From contig OZ245838.1 in NCBI GenBank assembly GCA_965228735.1, positions 1 to 64,000 of the forward strand: a stretch of DNA of 64,000 bases. The letters run 5' to 3'. The position numbers and the translations under genes are program-made. Under the pieces are notes generated by a model that saw only the letters and a program-made list of their open reading frames with translations, did not search any database and was not told the DNA's origin. This document shows positions 19,880 to 29,593 of the stretch, one piece after another (the first letter of the stretch is position 1; each line of letters begins with the position of its first letter). This DNA comes from Planctomycetota bacterium. GTDB taxonomy: Bacteria > Planctomycetota > UBA1135 > UBA2386.

Positions 19880-21277
19880 ATGGTCCTCGCTCTGGCCCGT
19901 ATCCTCGTCCTCCTCGGTTGCGTGCTCGCCAACGCGGCGGCCCGATCCCCGGCTGCCCAGGCCCCTGTTGCTGACGCAAAGGAAGCCGAGGCGGCCCGCC
20001 CGCAGGAAGAACGGCAGCCGCCCGACCCCGCGCGGCAATGGGGTCAGTGGCGCGGACCGCTCGGCAACGGTGTCGCGCCGCACGGCACGCCGCCGCTGAC
20101 CTGGAGCGAGCAGGACAACGTGCGCTTCAAGGTGCCGTCGCCGGGGCCGGGTCACGGCAGCCCAGTCGTGTTCGGGGATCGCGTGTTCCTGACGGCGGCG
20201 ATCCCGGTCGGCGAGGCCAAGGAGCCGGTTCCGGACGACGCGCCCGGGGCGCACGACAACGCGCGGGTGACGCACGATCACGCGTTCGTCGTCGTCGCGC
20301 TCGATGCTCGGACGGGCAAGGAGCAGTGGCGCCGGGAAGTGCACCGGCAGCGGCCGCACGCGGTCTATCACTCGACGGGCACCCTCGCCGCGGCGTCCGC
20401 GGTCACGGATGGCGAGCACGTCATCGCGTTCTTCGGCTCGTACGGCCTGCACTGCCTGACGGTGGCGGGAGAACCGGTCTGGTCGCACGACCTCGGCGAC
20501 ATGCAGGTCAAGCACGGGCATGGCGAAGGCGCCACCCCCGCGCTGCACGGCGACACGGTCGTCGTCAACTGGGACCACGAGGGGCAGTCGTTCATCGTTG
20601 CGTTCGACAAGCGGACGGGGCAGGAGCGCTGGCGGCGGGATCGCGACGAGGTCACGTCGTGGGCGACGCCGCTGATCATCGAACACGAGGGCAAGGTGCT
20701 CGCGATCGTGAGCGGCACCGGCGCGTTGCGGGCCTACGACCTGCTGACGGGCGACGTCGTCTGGTCGTGCCGCGGACTGTCCAACAACGTCGTCGCGTCA
20801 CCGGTCGCGGCCGCCGGCTACGTGTACGCGGGCAGCAGCTACGTGCGGCGTCGCATGTTCGGGATCCGGCTCGAAGGTGCCGTGGGCGACATCACGGCCA
20901 AGGACAACGTCGTCTGGCGCCGGCAGCGCAGCACGCCGTACGTGCCGTCACCGCTGCTCGTCGGCGAGTGGCTCTACTTCCTCAATCACTACCAGGGCTT
21001 CCTCGCGAAGGTGCGCGCGCAGACCGGCGAAGAGCCGTGGCGGCCGACGCGGCTCCCGGGGATGCGAGCGATCTACAGCTCGCCGGTCGCGGCGGGGAAG
21101 CGGCTCTACGTGACCGACCGCGAAGGCGCGACGATCGTGTTGTCGCACGACGACGGGGCGCCGCGGCTGCTCGCGCGCAACGTCCTGGCCGACAGCTTCA
21201 GCGCCTCGGCCGCGATCGTCGGCGAAGCGCTGTACCTGCGGGGCGAACGGTTCGTCTACTGCCTCGCGCCAAACTGA
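19880..21277 (+). CDS. PQQ-like beta-propeller protein (BamB-like repeat family)
   Basis: WGQWRGP, GHGSPVV, ALDARTGKEQW, SWATP and YSSPV repeats. Confidence 0.9.
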   Translation: MVLALARILVLLGCVLANAAARSPAAQAPVADAKEAEAARPQEERQPPDPARQWGQWRGPLGNGVAPHGTPPLTWSEQDNVRFKVPSPGPGHGSPVVFGDRVFLTAAIPVGEAKEPVPDDAPGAHDNARVTHDHAFVVVALDARTGKEQWRREVHRQRPHAVYHSTGTLAAASAVTDGEHVIAFFGSYGLHCLTVAGEPVWSHDLGDMQVKHGHGEGATPALHGDTVVVNWDHEGQSFIVAFDKRTGQERWRRDRDEVTSWATPLIIEHEGKVLAIVSGTGALRAYDLLTGDVVWSCRGLSNNVVASPVAAAGYVYAGSSYVRRRMFGIRLEGAVGDITAKDNVVWRRQRSTPYVPSPLLVGEWLYFLNHYQGFLAKVRAQTGEEPWRPTRLPGMRAIYSSPVAAGKRLYVTDREGATIVLSHDDGAPRLLARNVLADSFSASAAIVGEALYLRGERFVYCLAPN

Positions 21278-21287
21278 GCGGACTAGT

Positions 21288-23492
21288 CTAGTTGCCCAGC
21301 GTCAGGTCGAGCCCGGCGCTGTACTCGAACGTGCCGGCGACGGGGTCGAACTGCCCGGCCTGGTAGTAGAGGTGCACGCCGCGGAACTCGGGTAGGAGCG
21401 GCACCTGCTGGTGCAGCGCCGCGAAGCCGAACCCGTTCGCGATCGTCGCGCGCAATCCGAAGCCCGGCGCGACGAGCAGGGTGCAGCCCTGGATCGGCAG
21501 GTTGGCCGGCATGAGGCCGAGCACGAGCAGGCTGATCGCGTGCGGCTCACCCTGGATCTCGACCTGGAACGAGTGGTTGCCGAAGTACGGCTCGGCGCTG
21601 ACGGTCAGGGTCGGCGGCGGCCCGATCGCCGGGCACGCGTTGCCGTAGCTCACGCTGCCCGCGCGCGGCTCGACGTCGAGGCGCCAGACGTCGTTGTTGC
21701 CGAACGGCGTGAAGAAGCCCTTGACCCACATCGCGCCGATCCCGCGGTGGTAGAGCATCTGCTCGCCGCGGATGTCGAGGTCCGGCACGTTGAGCGGACT
21801 CCACGTGACGCCGTCGAACTCCCACGTGTCCTCGTAGTTGCTCGCGCCGTCGCCGCCGTGCAGCACGATGCGGTCGCGATGTGGATCGAACGCCATCGCC
21901 GCGCCGCTGCGGCCCGGCGGTCGCACGGTCGGCTGCAGCCGGGTCCATGCGCCGTGCCGGAACGCCCAGGTCTCGTCGCTCGAGCTCGCGAGGGTCCCCG
22001 CGTTGCCGCCGAACATGACGACGCGTCCTCGCACCGAGTCGGTCGCCATCGACGGGTAGGCGCGCAGTCCCGGGCCCGGGCCGGTGACCTGCTGCCACTG
22101 CCCGCCGTCGAACGTCCACGTGTCGTCGAACGGGGAGTAGGTCGGCGCGGCCGTGCTGCCGCCGAACAGAACGACGCGCCGCGTGCTCGGATCGAACGCC
22201 ATGCCGTGGCCCTGACGCGCGGGTGGGCGCACCGCGGCGGCGGCCTGCTGCCAGGTCGTCCCGTTCCACAGCCACGTCGCGTCGGTGATGCCGCCGGTCT
22301 CGACGCCGCCGAACAGCACGGCCGTGCCGCGTTCGGCGTCGAACGCCGCCGCGAACCCGCGGCGTCGCGCCGGTCGGGTCCCCGCCGTGACATCGTGCCA
22401 CGCGCGGCCATCGTGCTCCCACGTGGCCATGTCGTCGTCGATGTCGTCGCCGATCCAGACCACCCGGTCGCGGGCGTCGTCGTAGAGCAACGCGTGCTGG
22501 CCCGACTGTTCGCGCAGCATGCGGTGATCGTGATACGCGTACCACTCGCCGCCGAAGTAGCGCCACAGATCCGAGCGCTGCCACGTGCCGCCGTAGAGCA
22601 GCACGCCGCCGTCCCTGTGCGTCGCCATCGCCGCGCGCTGGCGGCTCGGCGGCGCGGTCGGCGTCACGACGTTCGTCCAGTCGCTGCCGTTCCACTCCCA
22701 GGTGTCCGCGGCCGGGCCACCGAACATGACGATGCGCTGGCTCGCGCGATCCCACGCCATCGCGTGTTCGCCGCGGCCGGGCACGATCGTCGCCGGGTTG
22801 GCGTTGCGCCAGTCGTTGCCGTCGTAGAGCCACGTGTCGGCGAGCGGTCCGAGCGTCTGGCCGAACCCGCCGAACATCACGAGCTCCTGCCGCACCTCGT
22901 CCCAGGCCATCGCGGAGTAGTAGCGCTTCGGCGGGACGGTCGCGGGCGAACGCTGCGTCCACGTCACGCCGTCGAACTCCCACGTGTCGTCGAGCCGCGC
23001 GAAGCTCGGGCCCCAGCCGCCGAACAGCACCGCGCGTTCGCGGGCTGCGTCGTAGCCGAACGCGAAGAACTGGCGCGGCGATGGCTGCGTTGGCGGGCTG
23101 AGCTGCTGCCAGCGACCCGCCCGATACTCCCAGGTCTCGCTGTGGTGGCCGAACGCGACCTGACCGGCGTAGCGCAGGATGCGCGCGTTGCTCCGGTCGT
23201 AGACGAGGCGATGCGTCATGAGCGCGGTCGGGGCGCCCGCGTTCGTGCAGTCGCGCCAGTCCGCGTGGTCCCACTCGAGCGTCACGAGCTCGTCCTCGTC
23301 CGGGATCGCGTCCCCGGCGAGCACGATGCACCCGCGCGCTTCGTCGAGCACCATCGCTGCCTCGGTCGGCATCGTGCGCGCGAGACGCCACTCCGCCTGG
23401 GCCCGCAGAGCGTTTGGATCAGCGGTCAACGCGAGCGTCAACAGCAGCGCGATGGCTGCGAAGCGAGGGAGTCGGACAATGAACTCGGGCAT
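21288..23492 (-). CDS. Secreted Kelch-repeat protein
   Basis: Many repeats of the form MAFD...VVLFGG...DTWEFDGxxW. Confidence 0.9.
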   Translation of the reverse strand: MPEFIVRLPRFAAIALLLTLALTADPNALRAQAEWRLARTMPTEAAMVLDEARGCIVLAGDAIPDEDELVTLEWDHADWRDCTNAGAPTALMTHRLVYDRSNARILRYAGQVAFGHHSETWEYRAGRWQQLSPPTQPSPRQFFAFGYDAARERAVLFGGWGPSFARLDDTWEFDGVTWTQRSPATVPPKRYYSAMAWDEVRQELVMFGGFGQTLGPLADTWLYDGNDWRNANPATIVPGRGEHAMAWDRASQRIVMFGGPAADTWEWNGSDWTNVVTPTAPPSRQRAAMATHRDGGVLLYGGTWQRSDLWRYFGGEWYAYHDHRMLREQSGQHALLYDDARDRVVWIGDDIDDDMATWEHDGRAWHDVTAGTRPARRRGFAAAFDAERGTAVLFGGVETGGITDATWLWNGTTWQQAAAAVRPPARQGHGMAFDPSTRRVVLFGGSTAAPTYSPFDDTWTFDGGQWQQVTGPGPGLRAYPSMATDSVRGRVVMFGGNAGTLASSSDETWAFRHGAWTRLQPTVRPPGRSGAAMAFDPHRDRIVLHGGDGASNYEDTWEFDGVTWSPLNVPDLDIRGEQMLYHRGIGAMWVKGFFTPFGNNDVWRLDVEPRAGSVSYGNACPAIGPPPTLTVSAEPYFGNHSFQVEIQGEPHAISLLVLGLMPANLPIQGCTLLVAPGFGLRATIANGFGFAALHQQVPLLPEFRGVHLYYQAGQFDPVAGTFEYSAGLDLTLGN

Positions 23493-23673
23493 GCGACGGT
23501 CCTCCGCCTGCATCGTAGCCACCGGCTCGGGCGCCGGATAGCGCCCCTCGTCTCGAAACGGCAGTGGTCGGATCGAAAAGGACGGACCGATGCCATCGTC
23601 CGTTCGTGTTCGCCCGGCGCCCGTCCCGAACTGAGTTCCAGCGTCGAACCAGGGAAATGCCGATAGCTGCTGC

Positions 23674-24588
23674 ATGACCGTGGCCCAGTTCCCCGCGAAC
23701 GCCGCCAACTCGCTGATCGGCGGCTACTGCGACGACTTCGTGTCGTTCGCGACCGGACTCGCGCAGACCCTCGAGCAGATCTCGATGCGCGGGCTCGACA
23801 TCACGGAGAGTCAGGAGCGCCTCGAGCGGCTCGAGCGCGGCATGCGCGACCTCGCCGACGCGGTGCAGGGGCTCGTGTCGGGCGGCGCGGGCGCGGCACC
23901 GCCGGCCGAAGAACCCACGCCGGCATTCGACGCCCCGCCGGCTGCGCCGGCCCCGGCCGCCCCGCGAACCGGTTCGCGGGCCGCGCCGCGCCCCGCGCCG
24001 GCGCCGCACACGCCGCCCTCACCGAACACGCCGCCCTCGACCGCGCGGCCGACTACCGGGCCAACGACTGGGCCAACGAGTGGACCGACGGGGGGCGCCG
24101 GCGGCGGACCCGAGAGCGCGACGCTCAAGGGCACCAACGACAGCATGCCGCTGCTGTCCGTCGTGCAGTTCCTCGGGCGCATGCGCAAGCACGGCGTCCT
24201 GCACGTGCAGGTGGGCGACGAGGACATGAAGTTCGAGCTCGTGAACGGGCTCGTGCAGCGGACGGCGAGCACGAAGTGCCCGCCGCCCGAACGGCTCGGC
24301 GATCTGCTCGTCGAACTCGGCCTGTGTTCGCCGGCAGCGATCGAACAGATCGCGATCGACGCCAAGGCCGCGCGTCGCCCGATCGGCGACGCGGTGCTCG
24401 AGGCCGGGTTGATCTCACACGGCCAGCTGCTCGAAGTGCTCGAACAGCAGGTGCACCGCCGTTTCGCGCGCGCGTCGAAGTCGAAGACCGCGAGCTACTG
24501 GTTCGAGGAGAAGCGGTGCGGCCCGACGGACGGTCGCGTGCGCGTGCACAGCAAGGAGATCGCGTATCAGCAGCGCGGTCGCGTCTGA
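23674..24588 (+). CDS. DUF4388-like domain protein with coiled coil and Pro/Thr-rich linker
   Basis: LKGTNDSMPLLSVVQFLGRMRKHGVL and RLGDLLVELG motifs. Confidence 0.75.
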   Translation: MTVAQFPANAANSLIGGYCDDFVSFATGLAQTLEQISMRGLDITESQERLERLERGMRDLADAVQGLVSGGAGAAPPAEEPTPAFDAPPAAPAPAAPRTGSRAAPRPAPAPHTPPSPNTPPSTARPTTGPTTGPTSGPTGGAGGGPESATLKGTNDSMPLLSVVQFLGRMRKHGVLHVQVGDEDMKFELVNGLVQRTASTKCPPPERLGDLLVELGLCSPAAIEQIAIDAKAARRPIGDAVLEAGLISHGQLLEVLEQQVHRRFARASKSKTASYWFEEKRCGPTDGRVRVHSKEIAYQQRGRV

Positions 24589-24605
24589 GCGGCATCGCAG
24601 CTGAA

Positions 24606-25730
24606 TCAGCAGCAGCCGCCGCCGCTGCCCGAACTGCTGCTCGCGGAGTTGTCGGGCGTGCGGTCCGCCGACGAGCTGCGCTGCAGGTCCTGGGACTCCG
24701 TTGCCCGGAACGGCAGGCTCGATCCGCCGCCCTCGAAGATGCCGTAGTGGCGATCGAAGCTGCCGACGAACTCGAAGTGTGGCCGGAAGCGCGTGTCGTG
24801 CAGCATGCGGTAGGTGTTGCCGCAGACGGGGAAAGCCCGGCCGGTCTCGAGCACGTGGTGCGCGTCGAGCTCGAAGCGCTGTTCGCAGTGCGGGATCGTG
24901 CCGCGGTAGACGACCGCCTGGCCGTAGTCCTCGCACGCGGGTTCGAGGTCGTCGAGCTTGAACAACCGATAGGTCGCCGAGAAGAACCGCAGTGGTCCGA
25001 CCTTGGCCGCGAGCCGCGCGTTGTTGATCGAGAGCCGCCGGTCCGTGACGAGGCGCGGATCCGCGAAGCCCGCGTGCTTGCAGAGCGCGAGGAAGTCGCC
25101 CCAGTAGAGCGCGCCGCTCAGGCATTCGCCGTAGAGCTCCTTGTCCGACGTCAGCGCGGGGGGCACGCGGCGATCGGCGTAGACGTCGGAGAAATAGAGC
25201 TCGCCGCCGGGCTTCAGCAGGCGATGGGCCTGCCGCAGGACCGCCGCCTTGTCCGGCGAGAGGTTGATGACGCAGTTGCTGACGATCACGTCGAACGCGC
25301 CGTCCTCGAGATCGAGTTCGTCGAGTCGTTCGATGTAGCCGTCGAGGAAGCGGACGTTGGAGCGCGCGTAGCCGTTCCGTTCGCGGTGGTAGTCCTCGTG
25401 CGCGCGGGCGAACGCGAGCTGCTCGGGCGTCATGTCGACGCCGGTCACACTGCCGTTCTCGCCGACGAGCGCGGACAGCACGTAGCAGTCCTGGCCCGTG
25501 CCGCAGCCGAGGTCGAGCACGTGGGCACCATCGAGCAGCTCGGGCGCGACGAGTCCGCAGCCGTAGTAGCGGGCGCTGACCTCGGGATGGATCCGCGCGA
25601 GGATCGGCTTGAGGTGGTCGGGCACGCTGTCGATCGTGCAGCAGGCGTCGGTCTCGAGGTCGGCCGAACTCTGCAGGCGCTGCCCGTAGTAGTCCTTGAC
25701 GTCGTCGTGAGTGGGCGAGTTGGTGGTCAT
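24606..25730 (-). CDS. arsM: Arsenite methyltransferase-like (AS3MT/ArsM) SAM-dependent methyltransferase
   Basis: DACC, RYYGCG, LDLGCGTG, SNCVINL and YGECLSGAL motifs; C-terminal CC. Confidence 0.85.
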   Translation of the reverse strand: MTTNSPTHDDVKDYYGQRLQSSADLETDACCTIDSVPDHLKPILARIHPEVSARYYGCGLVAPELLDGAHVLDLGCGTGQDCYVLSALVGENGSVTGVDMTPEQLAFARAHEDYHRERNGYARSNVRFLDGYIERLDELDLEDGAFDVIVSNCVINLSPDKAAVLRQAHRLLKPGGELYFSDVYADRRVPPALTSDKELYGECLSGALYWGDFLALCKHAGFADPRLVTDRRLSINNARLAAKVGPLRFFSATYRLFKLDDLEPACEDYGQAVVYRGTIPHCEQRFELDAHHVLETGRAFPVCGNTYRMLHDTRFRPHFEFVGSFDRHYGIFEGGGSSLPFRATESQDLQRSSSADRTPDNSASSSSGSGGGCC

Positions 25731-25806
25731 GATCGTGGCGGAGGTGGGCGGCCCGAGAATCTCGTTGCCCGTGATAACAGCACCGGCGGCGCGCCGTCCA
25801 TAGGGC

Positions 25807-26862
25807 ATGATCCCCTGCACCGTGTGCTCGTTCTCCGCTGTCGTCGTCTCTTCGGTCGCTCTGGCGCTGGCGCCCGCGCTGGCCGCGCAAGCCCCGGCGG
25901 TGCCGCGTGGCGAGATCGCGTTCAGCCGCGGCGGCCAGATCCTGCTCGTCGACGTGGCGCAGCGCACCGAGCGCGTGCTCGTCGAGGACAACACCTATGA
26001 CCGGCCGCTGCACTGGCTGCCCGACGGCTCGCGCCTAGTCTACTGGAACCATGACGGCGGCGCGTGGGATCTGTGGGCCGTGTCGCCGGCGACGGGCGAA
26101 CGCCAGAACCTGACCGGCACCGCGCGTGACAACCGGTCTCCTGGCGCCCGGCCCGATGGCCGGGTCATCGCGTTCCACCGCGGTGGCGACGGCATCTGGC
26201 TGATGGGGGCCGACGGTTCGCAGCAGACGCAGCTGCACGAACTGGGTCACCGTGACATCGCGCCGGTGTGGTCGCCGAGTGGCGCCCGCCTCGCGTTCGC
26301 CCATCTGGAACGGGTCGGGGAGCGGTCGGTGCAAACCAGCGCGCACCTCGTCGAGCTCGCCGCGGCATCGGTCGACGAGTCCGAGGTCGGCCTGTCCCCC
26401 GCGAGCGCCGCGCGGGCCGAGGACCGGACGCTCGGCAGCGGCGAGCCGATGTTCTTCCTCGACGAACGGCGGGTCGTCCTCGCGGGTTGGGCGGCTGGCC
26501 ATGCGGAGCTCGTCGTGCACGACCTCGAGACGGGCGAGCGGCGCGCGCTGACGAAGGGGCCCGCGAACGATCTGCGGGCCGTGCTGTCCAAGGATCGCGA
26601 CCGGATCGCGTGGATCGCCGCGACGGAGGAGCGCGATCAGGTCATGGTCATGCGCGCCGACGGGTCGGAGGCCCGCGCTCTCGCGGAGCTGAACTCGTGG
26701 TGGGCGGGGCCGTCGTTCTCGCCCGACGGTGAGTTCGTCACGTTCGAGAGCGGCGAGTCGCGTCGCGAGACCGCGGTGTGGATCGTGCCGGTCGCGGGCG
26801 GCAAGCCGACATGCCTCGTCGAACAGCCGGCGAAGTTCCCGGTCTGGCGCCCGCGCTCGTAG
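25807..26862 (+). CDS. TolB-like (PD40) beta-propeller secreted protein
   Basis: WLPDGSRL, PVWSPSG, PSFSPDG and PVWRP repeats. Confidence 0.85.
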   Translation: MIPCTVCSFSAVVVSSVALALAPALAAQAPAVPRGEIAFSRGGQILLVDVAQRTERVLVEDNTYDRPLHWLPDGSRLVYWNHDGGAWDLWAVSPATGERQNLTGTARDNRSPGARPDGRVIAFHRGGDGIWLMGADGSQQTQLHELGHRDIAPVWSPSGARLAFAHLERVGERSVQTSAHLVELAAASVDESEVGLSPASAARAEDRTLGSGEPMFFLDERRVVLAGWAAGHAELVVHDLETGERRALTKGPANDLRAVLSKDRDRIAWIAATEERDQVMVMRADGSEARALAELNSWWAGPSFSPDGEFVTFESGESRRETAVWIVPVAGGKPTCLVEQPAKFPVWRPRS

Positions 26863-26878
26863 GCCCTACGATCCGGCG

Positions 26879-27454
26879 ATGGGCAAGGTCACCAGCGAGC
26901 TCGCGCTGGCGCAACGCGAGTGGATCGAGCGCCAGCAGATGTTCTTCGTCGCATCCGCGCCGTCGGGCGCCGGCGGGCACGTGAACTGTTCCCCGAAGGG
27001 TTTCGACTCGTTCCGCGTGCTCGACGATCGGACGGTGGCCTACCTCGACTTCGTCGGCAGCGGCATCGAGACCGTGGCGCACGTGCGTGAGAACGGCCGC
27101 CTGTGCGTCATGTTCTGCGCGTTCGAGGGCAAGCCCAAGATCCTGCGGTTGCACGGCGCCGGGGACGTGGTCGAGCCCGGCGACCGCGAATGGGACGAGC
27201 TGCGCAGCGGTTTCCCGCCGGACTCGCGCGCGGCCGAGCGCTGCATCATCCGCCTGCGCGTCGACCGCGTCGCCGACTCCTGCGGCTACGGCGTGCCGCT
27301 CTACGACTACGCGGGTGAACGCGAGCAGATGACCGAGTGGCGTGATCGCAAGGGCACCGCGGGCAGCGCCGAATACCAGCGCCGCAAGAACGGCGCGAGC
27401 ATCGACGGCCTCGCGGGCCTGCACTGGGTCAACGACGGCGAGACGGCGCGATAG
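26879..27454 (+). CDS. Pyridoxamine 5'-phosphate oxidase-family FMN-binding protein
   Basis: FFVASAP, VNCSPKG, GSGIETVAH, MFCAFEGKP and SCGYGVP motifs. Confidence 0.9.
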   Translation: MGKVTSELALAQREWIERQQMFFVASAPSGAGGHVNCSPKGFDSFRVLDDRTVAYLDFVGSGIETVAHVRENGRLCVMFCAFEGKPKILRLHGAGDVVEPGDREWDELRSGFPPDSRAAERCIIRLRVDRVADSCGYGVPLYDYAGEREQMTEWRDRKGTAGSAEYQRRKNGASIDGLAGLHWVNDGETAR

Positions 27455-29593
27455 TCACCGGGGTGGCCAGCGGACCGCGTCCCATTCCGTCAGGCGGTCG
27501 ATGCCGCCTTCGCGCGGGCGGCGGCGGGCGGCGCGGACGCGGCGCTGGATCGTCGCGGCCCGTCGCGCGAGGTCGTCGTCGCCGCGGGCGGCCGCGGCGC
27601 TGCGGGCGATCTCGAGCGCGCCCATCGCCCATTCTTCGTAACCGCTGCCCCACGACCACTGGGCGGCGAGTTCGTCGCGCTGTTCCTTCTCGGTGAGCGG
27701 GCGACCGTCCTGCCAGCGCAACGCGGATGCGATCTCGCACTCTCGCTCGGTGAGCAGGAAGCCGTGTCGCACGACGTTGAGCGCGATCTCCTCGGCGAGC
27801 TCCTTGGCCTTCTCGTTGCCGGTGATCGCGAACGCGGCGCCGAAGCCGACGGCTGCGAGCGCGTCCTGCCACGGCGTCCAGTAGAGCGACTTGCCGCGCA
27901 GCATGCGGTTGTCGGGCCGGTGCACGGCGAGCGGGCGGGCGTAGTCGGCACCGTTCTGCCGCCCGGCCCACTGCTCGAAGTGCACCTGCTCGATGCGGTC
28001 GATGATGCGTTGGCGCAGCCGGGCGTCGCCGGTCGCGAGATACATCCAGCTCGCGGCGAGCAACGTGCGGCCGGCACCGCGCGGTGCGCCGGGACCGGAC
28101 GTCGAGAACCTGGGGTCCAGCGTCTGGCCTGCGAGGAACAGCGTGATCTCGTGCTCGAGTTCGCGCCGTGCCCAATGCGCGCCGGTGAGCAGGGCGAACG
28201 CGCCGAGCGTATTGCTGCTCCAGTGCTGGCGGTCCTTGCCGGTCCACCCGTGCGTGGGGAACTTCGGCTCCGGATGCGGTTTGCCCAGGCGATCGCGCGA
28301 CTGCTTGGCGTGCCAGTGCGTTCGGCCCGACCACACGACCCACTCGGGGTGCGCCTGCAGGTCGATCGGCTCGCCGCTCTCCTCGTAGAAGTGCACCGGC
28401 CGGCAGGCGGCCTGCAGCGCGGACACCTCGGCTTCGTGCAGCAGGCTCGGAATGCCCGAGTGCGCGACGAGCGACAGCCGCACGACGCCGAAGTCGGCCT
28501 GGTCGCCGGTCTGATCCGCGTCCTTGGCCTGCTGCATCGGCTGCCGATCGAACGGTCCGCCGCGCGTGTTGGCCGATCGCGCGAACGCCTGGTGGCGATC
28601 CGCCAGGTGGAACTCGAGCGCGCTGCCCTGCAGCCAGGGTGGCGGTTCGGGAACGTAGCCGAACGCGCCGAACGCGTGCGTTCCGCGCCAGCTCGTCGCG
28701 CCGAGCACCGGCGTCAGCGTCGCCGCCTTGCTGCTCGCATCGGTCAACGCGTCACCCGTGATGCCGGGCACGAGAACGCCGGTGCGTCGAACGCCCTGGC
28801 CATCACCGAGCGTCGTGGCGTTGAGCAGCACGACGCGGCTGCCCTCATCCGTCATGCGCTGGCGCACGTCGAGACGCGGCCCGTGGCGGAAGACGGCGGC
28901 CAGCCCGCGGCTCTCGAGCGCGACCTCGTCGAACCGAACGTGCATCCGCTCCGTCGTCGGATCCGAGAAGAACAGCGCGACGTCGATCCACGCGTGCGGC
29001 TGGCCGCGGCACGACGTGACGAGGACCTCGGCGACGATGCCGGTCTTGCCGATACGGCAGCGCGAGAGTTCGACGCGACGCAGGGCGTTGTGTTCGAGGT
29101 CACGAACGCGGACCGGCGTGCCGCGCTGCACGTTGTCGCCCTGCCAGACCAGGAACTCGAACTGTGCTGGCGGCAGCGGGACGGCCCCGGTCGGCAGCTC
29201 CGGGCCGGCACCGGCCACGAGCTGCAGTCGCGTCTCCGCCAGGGCGTCGAGTCGCGCCTCGAACAGGCAGAGCGCCTGCCGCAGCGAGCCGTCGTCCCAG
29301 CGCGCTCCGAACGGTTGCCACGCCGTGTGGCGCCCTTCGGCGTGCAGCGCGGGCATCCTGCCTTCGGGCACTTCGCCCGGCGCGAACGGGACGACGACCG
29401 CGGCCAGCTCGCGGCGCGGGAAGGGCGCGAGGTTCTGCAGGACCAGCTCGCGATCACGCGGTTTCTCCGTGGTCTCCTGCGCTGCCATCGAGCTCGTGAC
29501 GAGCGCGAGCAGCACGGCGAGCGCGATCCGGTATCGTGTCGCGCGCGATGAGACCGTTGTTGCGACCGCCGCGCCTGCTGCTGCCCTCTGCAT
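27455..29593 (-). CDS. Large secreted hypothetical protein (possible alpha/alpha-toroid C-terminus); start uncertain
   Basis: Long ORF with host codon bias; signal-like IALAVLLALVTSSMAA-Q. Confidence 0.75.
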   Translation of the reverse strand: MQRAAAGAAVATTVSSRATRYRIALAVLLALVTSSMAAQETTEKPRDRELVLQNLAPFPRRELAAVVVPFAPGEVPEGRMPALHAEGRHTAWQPFGARWDDGSLRQALCLFEARLDALAETRLQLVAGAGPELPTGAVPLPPAQFEFLVWQGDNVQRGTPVRVRDLEHNALRRVELSRCRIGKTGIVAEVLVTSCRGQPHAWIDVALFFSDPTTERMHVRFDEVALESRGLAAVFRHGPRLDVRQRMTDEGSRVVLLNATTLGDGQGVRRTGVLVPGITGDALTDASSKAATLTPVLGATSWRGTHAFGAFGYVPEPPPWLQGSALEFHLADRHQAFARSANTRGGPFDRQPMQQAKDADQTGDQADFGVVRLSLVAHSGIPSLLHEAEVSALQAACRPVHFYEESGEPIDLQAHPEWVVWSGRTHWHAKQSRDRLGKPHPEPKFPTHGWTGKDRQHWSSNTLGAFALLTGAHWARRELEHEITLFLAGQTLDPRFSTSGPGAPRGAGRTLLAASWMYLATGDARLRQRIIDRIEQVHFEQWAGRQNGADYARPLAVHRPDNRMLRGKSLYWTPWQDALAAVGFGAAFAITGNEKAKELAEEIALNVVRHGFLLTERECEIASALRWQDGRPLTEKEQRDELAAQWSWGSGYEEWAMGALEIARSAAAARGDDDLARRAATIQRRVRAARRRPREGGIDRLTEWDAVRWPPR

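Noticed and set aside
21660..23300. Repeated DNA motifs suggesting a CRISPR array
   Set aside because: They are degenerate Kelch coding repeats. There are no identical repeats with unique spacers and no cas genes in the window.
24040..24100. PTTGPTTGPTSGPTGG 12-bp periodic repeat
   Set aside because: Short, synonymously diverged low-complexity linker.
24560..24608. Possible Sec read-through of the arsM stop (TGC TGC TGA, i.e. CC-U)
   Set aside because: Terminal CC is normal for ArsM. The extension is short, runs into the convergent gene, and I saw no convincing SECIS.
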